Positions 53,017-60,936 of a stretch of DNA of 64,000 nucleotides are shown piece after piece. The stretch's first letter is position 1. Each line of letters opens with the position of its first letter. The position numbers were made by a program, and so were the translations under genes. The DNA is from a virus (Duplodnaviria > Caudoviricetes), in IMG/VR virus record IMGVR_UViG_3300011427_000001, positions 9,188-73,187 of that record, one strand, 5' to 3'. Under the pieces are notes generated by a model. It did no database searches. It was not told the origin of the DNA and saw only the letters and a list, made by a program, of their open reading frames with translations.

Positions 53017-54060
53017 GGTGTTTCCTCTGTTGGTTTTGGGTGTGGACGCGCTTTGGTTACTCACGGGCGCGGCCCGATATTCCGTGACACGAACTACCTC
53101 TGCAGGTTCGCCCGTGAGCTTCACGCTGGTGTCACTCGAAGAGTAACCCAGTCTGAAAAGTTTCGACCCCAGGCAGTAGACGAACCACGTGTCGAAAACC
53201 GACTCGATCCACGGGCACGCATACCCCTTGTCGCTGGGGAACTTGGTTTCCAGTGCCTTGTAGATCAGGCTGCGGATGGTCTCGAAGCTGGATTCATTCA
53301 CCTCGAGGTTCTTGGCGTACTTGCGCAGCGACCCGCCTTCCTTGATCGCATTCGTAATCGTGTCACGCACGACGGTCTCGACCAACTTGAGACCGGCACT
53401 GTCAAGCGTGCGGGAGCTGTTGAACACCTGATTCCGAATGAACCCCGCACCGTCGGCCATGCTGCACGCCCCTTTGGCATCGGGCAGGACCGCGAGATGA
53501 TCGGGCCGGTGATTGCGGGCAATAGCGTTGTAGGCTTCGTTGTTCCAGACACCTTTCTTGACTTCGTTGTCCGTATAGACGCCGGTGCTGCACTCCATCG
53601 GCTCGCCCTTCTTGACTGCATTGTAGACCGAGACGTCGACCTCCTTGGTGCGTTCCTCGTCGAGGTATGCGTCCGCACACAAGCGGTTCAGGTCGTCAAA
53701 CCGGGCATTCATGATAATGCCAATCTTGCGCGTGTTGAGCACTTGCTCGGTGCAGGCACTGATGGCCTTGCCATCCGCGTCTTCCGGATGGTTCACCACA
53801 ACCGGCTTGTGGTTGTAGACCTCGGGAGTCTTGCCCAACTCGTCGGCCGGCCACAGCATCGGTCCACCACTGCCATTGTGCACACCCTCGACCATCATCA
53901 CCATGGGAACAATCAGGCACTTGCGTCCTTCAAGCTCCCCGTTGCGGACCAACTTCGTAGCCAGGTTCCACGTGAAATGCTGCAGCTGATTCGTCTGCAA
54001 AGCAGGGGCGGTCGCGGCCTCGTTTGTAACGAGCGCGCTCCGCTTTTTGAGTTTTTTCAT
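52483..54060 (-). CDS. capsid maturation protease (DUF2213-like) fused to scaffold
   Basis: VEGVHNG, PVVVNHP, CSTG, PDHLAVL...GAC. Confidence 0.8.
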   Translation of the reverse strand: MKKLKKRSALVTNEAATAPALQTNQLQHFTWNLATKLVRNGELEGRKCLIVPMVMMVEGVHNGSGGPMLWPADELGKTPEVYNHKPVVVNHPEDADGKAISACTEQVLNTRKIGIIMNARFDDLNRLCADAYLDEERTKEVDVSVYNAVKKGEPMECSTGVYTDNEVKKGVWNNEAYNAIARNHRPDHLAVLPDAKGACSMADGAGFIRNQVFNSSRTLDSAGLKLVETVVRDTITNAIKEGGSLRKYAKNLEVNESSFETIRSLIYKALETKFPSDKGYACPWIESVFDTWFVYCLGSKLFRLGYSSSDTSVKLTGEPAEVVRVTEYRAAPVSNQSASTPKTNRGNTMDKEQIVADLITNHGYAETDRGMLMGMDLAALTRIQASSTATLNKAKTTTAPAVKTEPATNAAPAKQLTEEEYLKQAPPGVRAVLANSERILNNEKAKHIATIKTNVKNKFTDGQLLAMDVEQLSMLADLATSAVAPTTTNVQQHDFGGLGSGAPIDNAAAKVEGAALPATSWDFDK

Positions 54061-54110
54061 TATTGAAAGAGGAAAGCCGACCCAGGTAGGATCGGCTTCG
54101 CTTGTAGAAT

Positions 54111-54139
54111 ACCTTAACTCAGCGATATGGGTACTTCAA
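54111..54139 (-). promoter_or_regulatory. candidate promoter for the head genes (TTGAAG-17 nt-TAAGGT)
   Basis: -35 at 54134-54139, -10 at 54111-54116; flanked by the inverted repeat CTTGTAGA/TCTACAAG; hairpin at 54074-54098. Confidence 0.45.
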
Positions 54140-54159
54140 TGGTTGTCTACAAGGATTTT

Positions 54160-54396
54160 CTAACCTGCACCTTTTTCAGAGCCCTCGGACGGCGGGCGCA
54201 ACGACTGGTTTTTGAAGGCACGTTGGATGACCCCATCTTCGAAGCGCAGCACGATATCACCATAGAACTGTTGCTTCTGGGCTTGCGATAAGAGCGTGCC
54301 CACCCAGGCCGCGTCCCGCACGTATGCGGCACTCTCAATTCGACGCATGGCTTCTACTTCAGACGAGGGAGTGTTCTTTTGGTCGGGGGGAGGCAT
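54160..54396 (-). CDS. small DUF2292/YezD-like protein
   Basis: FYGDIVLRFEDGVI pattern. Confidence 0.5.
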   Translation of the reverse strand: MPPPDQKNTPSSEVEAMRRIESAAYVRDAAWVGTLLSQAQKQQFYGDIVLRFEDGVIQRAFKNQSLRPPSEGSEKGAG

Positions 54397-54574
54397 TTGA
54401 GTTTTTGATGTATAGTTTCGCAGCACCTGCAGTCACTTGTCCGGTGCCATTGCAAAATAAACAGTCCACGAAATCCTTGTGATACCTATTCACTACAATA
54501 GCAACCCTCCCGTTCTCACATCCCACCACTGGACACGCTACAGGAACCAAGAGTGCTGTAGACTCTCGCTTCAC
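54359..54574 (-). CDS. small zinc-finger protein
   Basis: CPVVGC...CLFCNGTG; GTG start. Confidence 0.45.
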   Translation of the reverse strand: MKRESTALLVPVACPVVGCENGRVAIVVNRYHKDFVDCLFCNGTGQVTAGAAKLYIKNSNASPRPKEHSLV

Positions 54575-55066
54575 CTACTGGACCTTGACCTCGTTGGTAG
54601 GAACATCACCGGTTGTACGCTCAACCATAATGGGAATCAAAATACATCGTGTAGACAATAGACGGGAGATTTTCTGGTAGATGGTTTCGTCCGGAAGCCG
54701 ATCGGCCTCGAAGCACTCTTTCACAATCGCCTCCAGCTCTTCCGGTGCAAGCCTCGTGGCGACAAACGTGCTGAACAACTCCAACAGCTCGCCCATCGTA
54801 TTGTACGACGTGCACATATCCATGAACGCACGCTGGACCGGGTCCATGGTCTTGCGCATCTCTGCCACCTGTTCCTTTGATGGCAACTGAGGCAGTGCGT
54901 CCTGCGCAGACATGGCCTTCACTACCTTGTTCAGTTCCTCTAGGCGCATCCCAATCTGCTCCACAGTGCAACCAAAGCGTGCGGCAATGCGGGGCATGGG
55001 CAGTTGGCGGCGCACCATAGTAAGCAGCAATTCATCTTCAGCACGTTGCCAAACTTTGAATTTCAT
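54575..55066 (-). CDS. Myb/HTH-like protein
   Basis: WQRAEDELL...IAARFGCTVEQI. Confidence 0.6.
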   Translation of the reverse strand: MKFKVWQRAEDELLLTMVRRQLPMPRIAARFGCTVEQIGMRLEELNKVVKAMSAQDALPQLPSKEQVAEMRKTMDPVQRAFMDMCTSYNTMGELLELFSTFVATRLAPEELEAIVKECFEADRLPDETIYQKISRLLSTRCILIPIMVERTTGDVPTNEVKVQ

Positions 55067-55257
55067 GTGTACCCTTTCATGCAGTCAAAATCATATTCGC
55101 GACACCACTTGTGAATCAGCTCACGTTGCTTGTCAGTGAATTCCTCCCGGCGCACATTTGACCCAGCCCAGTCAACCAGGTATCCAGTGAAACTCTTTGG
55201 TTCCGCCAGTATCTCGGCGACCACCAACTTGCACTGTTCGTGATTGGGCAGTATCAT
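55063..55257 (-). CDS. hypothetical protein
   Basis: Coupled start/stop overlaps. Confidence 0.55.
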   Translation of the reverse strand: MILPNHEQCKLVVAEILAEPKSFTGYLVDWAGSNVRREEFTDKQRELIHKWCREYDFDCMKGYT

Positions 55258-55772
55258 CAGAACTTCTTGCCCCCGTGCAAATAGGCGCGGGTCTTGTTAT
55301 ACTCGGCCTTGGCGAACAGCGCCCCGATGACGTCGTACTTGAAATGTTCCGCCATGTCAAAGATGCGAATGATGGTGTCGGCCAGCTCCGCCTCGATGCC
55401 CTTGAACTCCGGAATCTTATCATCGGGTCCCTCTCCATGGCGCAGGTTCTCGAGGCCCTCCGAGAGTTCGCTGTGCATGAGCGCAACAAGATTGCCCTTG
55501 TCCCGCTCAGCCGCAGCGGTCGCCCTTGTAATCATTTCTTCCGGTGCATTGGTGGCAACCAAATAGCGAATGACGTCGGTCATCACAGGGTCACGGTCCC
55601 ACCAGCCCTTGGATACTGCAGTGTCATAGACATCTTTCTGCAGCGCTCGCAGCGCCACTTCAGCTTGCAATCTTGGCAACGTCATCGCCGCCATCTTTCC
55701 GAAAGGGATGTGTGCCGTGACTGTCGCTTTGGTAACTCCGGGCGGGTTCAATTTGGGTGTGTTCGGTTCCAT
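55257..55772 (-). CDS. MazG-like nucleoside triphosphate pyrophosphohydrolase
   Basis: MHSELSEGLE...EAELADTIIRIFD...KAEYNKTR. Confidence 0.85.
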   Translation of the reverse strand: MEPNTPKLNPPGVTKATVTAHIPFGKMAAMTLPRLQAEVALRALQKDVYDTAVSKGWWDRDPVMTDVIRYLVATNAPEEMITRATAAAERDKGNLVALMHSELSEGLENLRHGEGPDDKIPEFKGIEAELADTIIRIFDMAEHFKYDVIGALFAKAEYNKTRAYLHGGKKF

Positions 55773-56094
55773 TGCCTATAGTCGCATTCGCAGGCAAAGT
55801 ACCAGTCTTCGCAAAAGTTTGAAGAAGAATGCCGGTATCTAGCATGAGCGACCGATTGTGTGCATCACGAGCCATAGCTCTTTGCATCGGCTCAAGAAGC
55901 ATCTGTGGTTTGGGTGCTAGGTAACTTGCGATCTCGTGCGCTCCGATATAGCACGACAGAATGTTCCGAACCTGCAGTGCCAACTTCCGATTGCGCTCAC
56001 GCACTGCCCCAAAGGTGTATTCGGTTCTATGCCGAATGTCATATTCAATCTGCTCGACCCGGTTCAAACATACGCGAACCAAAGCATAGTTCAT
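55660..56094 (-). CDS. hypothetical protein
   Basis: ATGA-coupled start at 56094, but the 3' end overlaps the MazG-like ORF. Confidence 0.4.
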   Translation of the reverse strand: MNYALVRVCLNRVEQIEYDIRHRTEYTFGAVRERNRKLALQVRNILSCYIGAHEIASYLAPKPQMLLEPMQRAMARDAHNRSLMLDTGILLQTFAKTGTLPANATIGNGTEHTQIEPARSYQSDSHGTHPFRKDGGDDVAKIAS

Positions 56095-56840
56095 TCGATG
56101 ACCCTCTGTAGGCGGGACATGATACCGACGCGCTTCTCTTGCGCGTGCACGAGACCATCCCCTTGGTTTCCCCAACCATGCTGACGGTTGATGTCGGACA
56201 AGCGCAACAGGTCCGCTCGGTATTCCTTGGCCACACGCTCCACGGGACCGAGGTGCTTGCAATGCAGCAAGTAGGTAGAAGGCCGGGAGCGCATGGCCGG
56301 GACCATCGTATTCTTGCCGTTCTTCGTCACAGGCCGACAAGTGTGTGCCCCCACCCCAAAGTTCATTTCAGAGATGCGCTTGGGCGAGAACAGAATGGGC
56401 TTGGCATACCATTTGTCATCCGCTGCCCCCATCTTCACTTCATCGTAGAGCTGTCCCTGCGTAGTGGGGAACACATCAGAACACATTTCAAACCCGTGAG
56501 GCTTCACGATCGCAACCCGATGCCTTTCATACATCTCCAAAGTGAGCGCAGCCCCACCCGGGAAGTAAATCAATTCATCTGCATCGGCTGTGACCACCCA
56601 GTCCGCGTCCGTCCCCTGCCAAGCAGTGTTCTTTAGCTGTTGCGCGAGTTTGTCGTTGATCTTGCCTCCTGTGTTCCAATCCCGCACCTCCGCCCCGTAG
56701 GATGAAGCGATTGCGCGCGTGCGGTCCGTGCTGAAACCATCATGAATTATGATCTTCGTGGCGAAGGTCGTATAATGCCGCAGCGTGTAAGGAAGAATCT
56801 CCTCTTCGTTGAAGGTGAGAAGATGAACCTGAACTTTCAT
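56091..56840 (-). CDS. GT-A (GT2-like) glycosyltransferase
   Basis: LLTFNEEEIL, HDGFSTD.T, DADE; start at 56840 (ATGA). Confidence 0.85.
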   Translation of the reverse strand: MKVQVHLLTFNEEEILPYTLRHYTTFATKIIIHDGFSTDRTRAIASSYGAEVRDWNTGGKINDKLAQQLKNTAWQGTDADWVVTADADELIYFPGGAALTLEMYERHRVAIVKPHGFEMCSDVFPTTQGQLYDEVKMGAADDKWYAKPILFSPKRISEMNFGVGAHTCRPVTKNGKNTMVPAMRSRPSTYLLHCKHLGPVERVAKEYRADLLRLSDINRQHGWGNQGDGLVHAQEKRVGIMSRLQRVIE

Positions 56841-57418
56841 GACGACCGTTTGCGCAAAGCAATCTGCCAACCTGCCGGCGAGAGTGCTTCAACGTGCCGT
56901 TGGTAGCACTGCACGAAGGCGTTGATGGCGGTCTTGGGCTGATCGTAGATGCTGGGCATGACCTTCCAGCCGTAGTCGTCAAAGATCATAATGCCACCCA
57001 CGCGCAGCACGTCAAAGCCAAGCACTGAGTCTTGCAACACCCCTTTGGAACGATGGTCGCCATCGACATAGAGCATGTGCAACGATTCCCGGCGGAATGC
57101 TTTCAAGATGTCAGCCGAGAGCATCTTGTAGATGATGCACCGTTTCGTGTCAGTCCATTGACGAAGCCGCTCCCTTGCCACGCGCTCGTTGTCCGTGCAG
57201 TCCACCCCCGCTGCTGCAAGGTCAGCCGACCCCTCCGGCAACCACGGGTCGATACAAGTGTAGGTGGAAGTCTCGTGCGTGAACACGTTCTCCAGCATCC
57301 ACACAGCACTGTCAGCGCGGAACGTACCTATCTCTCCGCCGTGCACATTGGGTTGACCGACCAAGTGGGCAAGCCATTTGATCCAGTTGGGTCCGTGCGC
57401 CCGGCCGCACTCAGACAT
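56837..57418 (-). CDS. class I SAM methyltransferase (Methyltransf_24-like)
   Basis: EIGTF, YVDGDH, GGIMIFDDY. Confidence 0.85.
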   Translation of the reverse strand: MSECGRAHGPNWIKWLAHLVGQPNVHGGEIGTFRADSAVWMLENVFTHETSTYTCIDPWLPEGSADLAAAGVDCTDNERVARERLRQWTDTKRCIIYKMLSADILKAFRRESLHMLYVDGDHRSKGVLQDSVLGFDVLRVGGIMIFDDYGWKVMPSIYDQPKTAINAFVQCYQRHVEALSPAGWQIALRKRSS

Positions 57419-58142
57419 TCCCTGTTGGGCTTTCAGTGTGTTGATAGAATCGCTCATAAAGGTTTGCATCAGTCCCAATCAAGAGGCGCAACTTCACTAG
57501 GTTGTAATCAGTACGGTTCGGCGGAGTCTCCCTCCGATGCCCCGAGCCAATGCCAGCTCGCCCCGGCATTGATTTGATGCCAATCAGCATCCGGGCGTTA
57601 TCGCAAGGTGGCGCGAAGATGTGCCGGGCAGGAGTGTTGCGCCAAAGCCGCACGTCCAGGAAAGGGGACTTGTCGAAAGCACACTGGCGCAGCACAAACG
57701 TGAACCCGCGCTTCGTCACTACAGTTTGACAGAGACTGGCGTGCTTCATGTTACCGTGCTCCCACCACCAGCGATGCGCGACATTGTAGTAGAGCGCGTG
57801 TCCCTCACCCACTAACATGGCATCTGTATTGTCCCGCATGGCCCGCACCATCCGTTGCAAGTAGTGTGGCGAATACCAGTCGTCGTCTTCAATGAAAGCT
57901 ACGGCATCTCCCTTGATAACATTCTTACTGAACGCATGGTAAATCTTGTTGATGAGACTGCTCGGCCCCGCGTATTGCGGACAGTAGAGATACTCCTGTC
58001 CCAACGTGGGACGATGTGGTTTAGCGCCATCGTCATACACCAACCACTGGAAGTAGGGGTGCGACTGTCTCGCCATATACTTCTCACACAGCGCAAACGC
58101 CTCGGGTCGGCCTCCCGTGGGTGTGAATAGAGTGATGTTCAC
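57411..58142 (-). CDS. GT-A glycosyltransferase
   Basis: TPTGGR, VYDDG, FIEDDDWY (DxD). Confidence 0.8.
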   Translation of the reverse strand: MNITLFTPTGGRPEAFALCEKYMARQSHPYFQWLVYDDGAKPHRPTLGQEYLYCPQYAGPSSLINKIYHAFSKNVIKGDAVAFIEDDDWYSPHYLQRMVRAMRDNTDAMLVGEGHALYYNVAHRWWWEHGNMKHASLCQTVVTKRGFTFVLRQCAFDKSPFLDVRLWRNTPARHIFAPPCDNARMLIGIKSMPGRAGIGSGHRRETPPNRTDYNLVKLRLLIGTDANLYERFYQHTESPTGNV

Positions 58143-58145
58143 AGT

Positions 58146-58505
58146 CTAGCAGGATTTGAGAAATCCATTCTCCATGTGTCCATGCCACAACTCTATTTCT
58201 TGTGAGTTGTTGACGCCATCCGTGGGGACAGTGGTAGTGGTCTTAATTGAAGGAGCCAAAGTGGGTTTATCTAAATTCCCGTTGAAGGTCCATATCGGAC
58301 CCGGCTCTTTGCTCTCCCCTATGTTAATCGTAATCGTTCCTACCCACCAACTGAGACCGGGTTGCCAGATCGTTATCTGCACCGGCTTACCGTCTTTGAA
58401 TCCGTAGTAGAAGTCACCGGGTTGTTTAAGGTTTTCGTAGTCAGGTTCCACCCTACGAGCCTGACATGATTCCCGGCTGGTTTTGAGTTCAGCGTCGAAG
58501 CTCAC
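58146..58505 (-). CDS. DUF6527-like protein
   Basis: WTFNGNLDKPTLAPSI...WHGHMENG. Confidence 0.6.
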   Translation of the reverse strand: MSFDAELKTSRESCQARRVEPDYENLKQPGDFYYGFKDGKPVQITIWQPGLSWWVGTITINIGESKEPGPIWTFNGNLDKPTLAPSIKTTTTVPTDGVNNSQEIELWHGHMENGFLKSC

Positions 58506-58753
58506 GGCACTGTTTTCAGGAGGTCCGCTGCCTGAGCCATCGTTGCTTGCAACGCCTTTTGCTGTTCAGCCGTCATCCCACCAATGCTGAAATCATAGGT
58601 CTCAACTCCCGTCTTCTTCAACTCAATCTTACTGGCAGTGGAACTGGTCAGAAATGTCTGGCTGGTATATTTGACTCCACCGGGCAGCTCCAATGATTTG
58701 GTAGCACAGCCCGCGGCGAGCAGTGTGATTGCGATCAGTAGTGTTGTTTTCAT
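58502..58753 (-). CDS. small lipoprotein
   Basis: Lipobox LAAG-C after a hydrophobic signal peptide. Confidence 0.7.
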   Translation of the reverse strand: MKTTLLIAITLLAAGCATKSLELPGGVKYTSQTFLTSSTASKIELKKTGVETYDFSIGGMTAEQQKALQATMAQAADLLKTVP

Positions 58754-58762
58754 ATCAGATGT

Positions 58763-59860
58763 TTATGGGGTCTGTGACTTCTTTCCACTTATGTTCTTGT
58801 CCGCACCAACCCACCGACTGCGAGCACGGGCGGCATCATCGTCTTTAAGACCGGTCTCACGACGCAGCGACTTCTTGATAGCGGAAGCAATCGTACCCTT
58901 CTTCCGCTTCTGTCCCTTCTCCTTCTCGCTCACGTTGGCCGGGATCCAAGTGCAACGGCAGTTCGGATGGCGGGGTATCATGCCCCGCGCCTCCGCTATA
59001 GTGAGAATGGTACCTTCCAGCGGCGCACACACGGGACACACCCGCTCGTCTCCTGCCGTGCTCCACTCTGCCATCACGCCCAGCTCCTCCACACCCAGCT
59101 CCTCGAAGCTGTCCAGCTGACCCTCCGCGTGCGCGTGCATGATTTCAGTGCGCGCAATCGTACGCGCTCGCGCTTCCATCAGCCCCAGCGTGTTCTCAAG
59201 ATTCTTGGCAATGCGCATCACGCCGTACCCATACGCGAGACCATCGGCCAGCGTGCGTGACATCACAGTCGCCATCGGCCCCGAAATACCACGCAGGCTT
59301 TCGTAGGTGCGGGTCATGAGAAGCTTCAGCTTGGACGCTGCTTCCCCTGCACCAAAACTGTCGCGAAGGAACTGCGCTTTGCTGGCCTCGTAAGAGTCTT
59401 GCTTGCCGGACAAACCCAGGTCCCGCCGGTGCGTGTCAATCCATGCTCGCACCATGCCTTGCTTGTAGGCGCTCTCAATATACTTGGCGGTCCACGCGTC
59501 GGTCCCGTTCTTGACGTTGAGGAAGTTCTTGTTGATGCGGTCGTCCAGCCAGTCCCGGAACTCTGTCACCTTGCGGTCGTCAGTCACAAACGCCCAGCGC
59601 CTTGGCTCAGCGTTCAGTTTGAGCTTGGTGGTAAAGTTCTTGTTGAGCCCAAATGCATCCTCCGTAACCAGCAGTTGACGCAGCTCCCGGCGAAACTCTA
59701 CGAAGCGTTTGTGCAGCTCCCGCAAGAACCGCAGTCTAAGACCCGTGGTCCGCGTTGGGTCCCGCCGCAGTGGGTTCTTTGCCCGCACCCGCCTTGCCAC
59801 CGGCTTTCCTCGAGCGTTCTCGACCGGATTGCAGCAAGGTTTGATGCAGAATTGAATCAT
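58763..59860 (-). CDS. head morphogenesis protein (MuF / SPP1 gp7 family)
   Basis: RARTIARTE, W.TAGDERVCPVC, PRHPNCRC. Confidence 0.92.
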   Translation of the reverse strand: MIQFCIKPCCNPVENARGKPVARRVRAKNPLRRDPTRTTGLRLRFLRELHKRFVEFRRELRQLLVTEDAFGLNKNFTTKLKLNAEPRRWAFVTDDRKVTEFRDWLDDRINKNFLNVKNGTDAWTAKYIESAYKQGMVRAWIDTHRRDLGLSGKQDSYEASKAQFLRDSFGAGEAASKLKLLMTRTYESLRGISGPMATVMSRTLADGLAYGYGVMRIAKNLENTLGLMEARARTIARTEIMHAHAEGQLDSFEELGVEELGVMAEWSTAGDERVCPVCAPLEGTILTIAEARGMIPRHPNCRCTWIPANVSEKEKGQKRKKGTIASAIKKSLRRETGLKDDDAARARSRWVGADKNISGKKSQTP

Positions 59861-60456
59861 GCGACCGCGAGTTCAGGGATGAGGGGTTTGGGCGGGGGCG
59901 AACCCAGCGTCGTGCTTTCCTGGAACGGCACTGCATCGGGGTAAGCGCGCCGGTCCACGATGTTCCCATTGGGCAGGATGCCACCGTAGCCGCTGTTGAT
60001 GATTTTGTTCACCCGGCCGCGCAGGTTCTCCCGAATCTCATCCTGCTCAGCCTTGGGCATCTTGTCGAAGACCTCTTTCACGATGGGGTTACCATCCTTG
60101 TCGAGGGGACGATGGTCGTACGCCTGCATCTTGAGCTCGTTCAGCTGCTTCTTTACCTGCGCGGCCTTGCGCATGTCATTCGTCACATGCTGCTTGAACT
60201 TGACCGGGTCGTAGATGTCATCGAAGTCCCAGCCCCGCGTCTTCTGCCACTTCTCCTTCCACCGCACGGTGTACTTCGCACACAGGGTTTCAATCTTTCG
60301 CTTGCGGGACAGCTTGAGGTCGATCGCCTCAGTTTCACACAGCTTGTCCAACGCAGCGGCAGAGAGACCCTGATGGGCCTTGTAGACGTTTTCCTCGAAC
60401 TCCTTCAGCAGGTAGTGGGGGTGGTCGCGATTGCGGTCTGTGAGTTTGCGTGACAT
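59857..60456 (-). CDS. hypothetical basic protein
   Basis: Phage-like codon usage; ATGA overlap with the MuF gene. Confidence 0.6.
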   Translation of the reverse strand: MSRKLTDRNRDHPHYLLKEFEENVYKAHQGLSAAALDKLCETEAIDLKLSRKRKIETLCAKYTVRWKEKWQKTRGWDFDDIYDPVKFKQHVTNDMRKAAQVKKQLNELKMQAYDHRPLDKDGNPIVKEVFDKMPKAEQDEIRENLRGRVNKIINSGYGGILPNGNIVDRRAYPDAVPFQESTTLGSPPPKPLIPELAVA

Positions 60457-60520
60457 ATCACTATGTTCTGACTGGCTTCACAGGTGCCTTTGGGGTGCCC
60501 ATTGTTCCAGTGTCCTTTCT

Positions 60521-60886
60521 TTACTTCTTCACCGACGCGGCCAACCAGTCGTCGTGTTCCTTTTTCTTCGCCGCCGCAATCATCTCAACACCGTCGCGCT
60601 CCGTCGACCGAGCCCACGCTGCGTCCTTGTACCAGTAGCGACCGGGGGCGCTTTGGTAACAGGCATGGCTGCAACTGCACAGGTGGTCTTTTTGCTGACC
60701 ATACCCGTCGGTCTTCTTGATGTCCTCGACCACGAACACCACGTTGATGGCAGAGAAGTGACTGTCTCCACCCCAGCCGTTTGTGACCAACCCGGGATGG
60801 CGTACCCCGTATTCGTCAACAACGATGACCGCCTCGCCCGTGCGTGCGTACTCTTTCGGTTCCGTCTGTTTCTCAGTTTGGCTCAT
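60521..60886 (-). CDS. hypothetical protein
   Basis: A/C-rich leader; fills the gap between portal and MuF genes. Confidence 0.6.
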   Translation of the reverse strand: MSQTEKQTEPKEYARTGEAVIVVDEYGVRHPGLVTNGWGGDSHFSAINVVFVVEDIKKTDGYGQQKDHLCSCSHACYQSAPGRYWYKDAAWARSTERDGVEMIAAAKKKEHDDWLAASVKK

Positions 60887-60936
60887 TGTTTGGTTTTTCC
60901 AGGAGCTTGATTACCCCCAGAAAAGTCTGCCAAAAA

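Noticed and set aside
52471-54066. Long plus-strand ORFs antisense to real genes (for example 531 aa here, 338 nt-scale and larger shadows at 50980-51912, 49896-50756 and 60844-61653)
   Set aside because: They are shadows produced by strong G/C third-position bias in the minus-strand genes; they have no motifs or translation signals.
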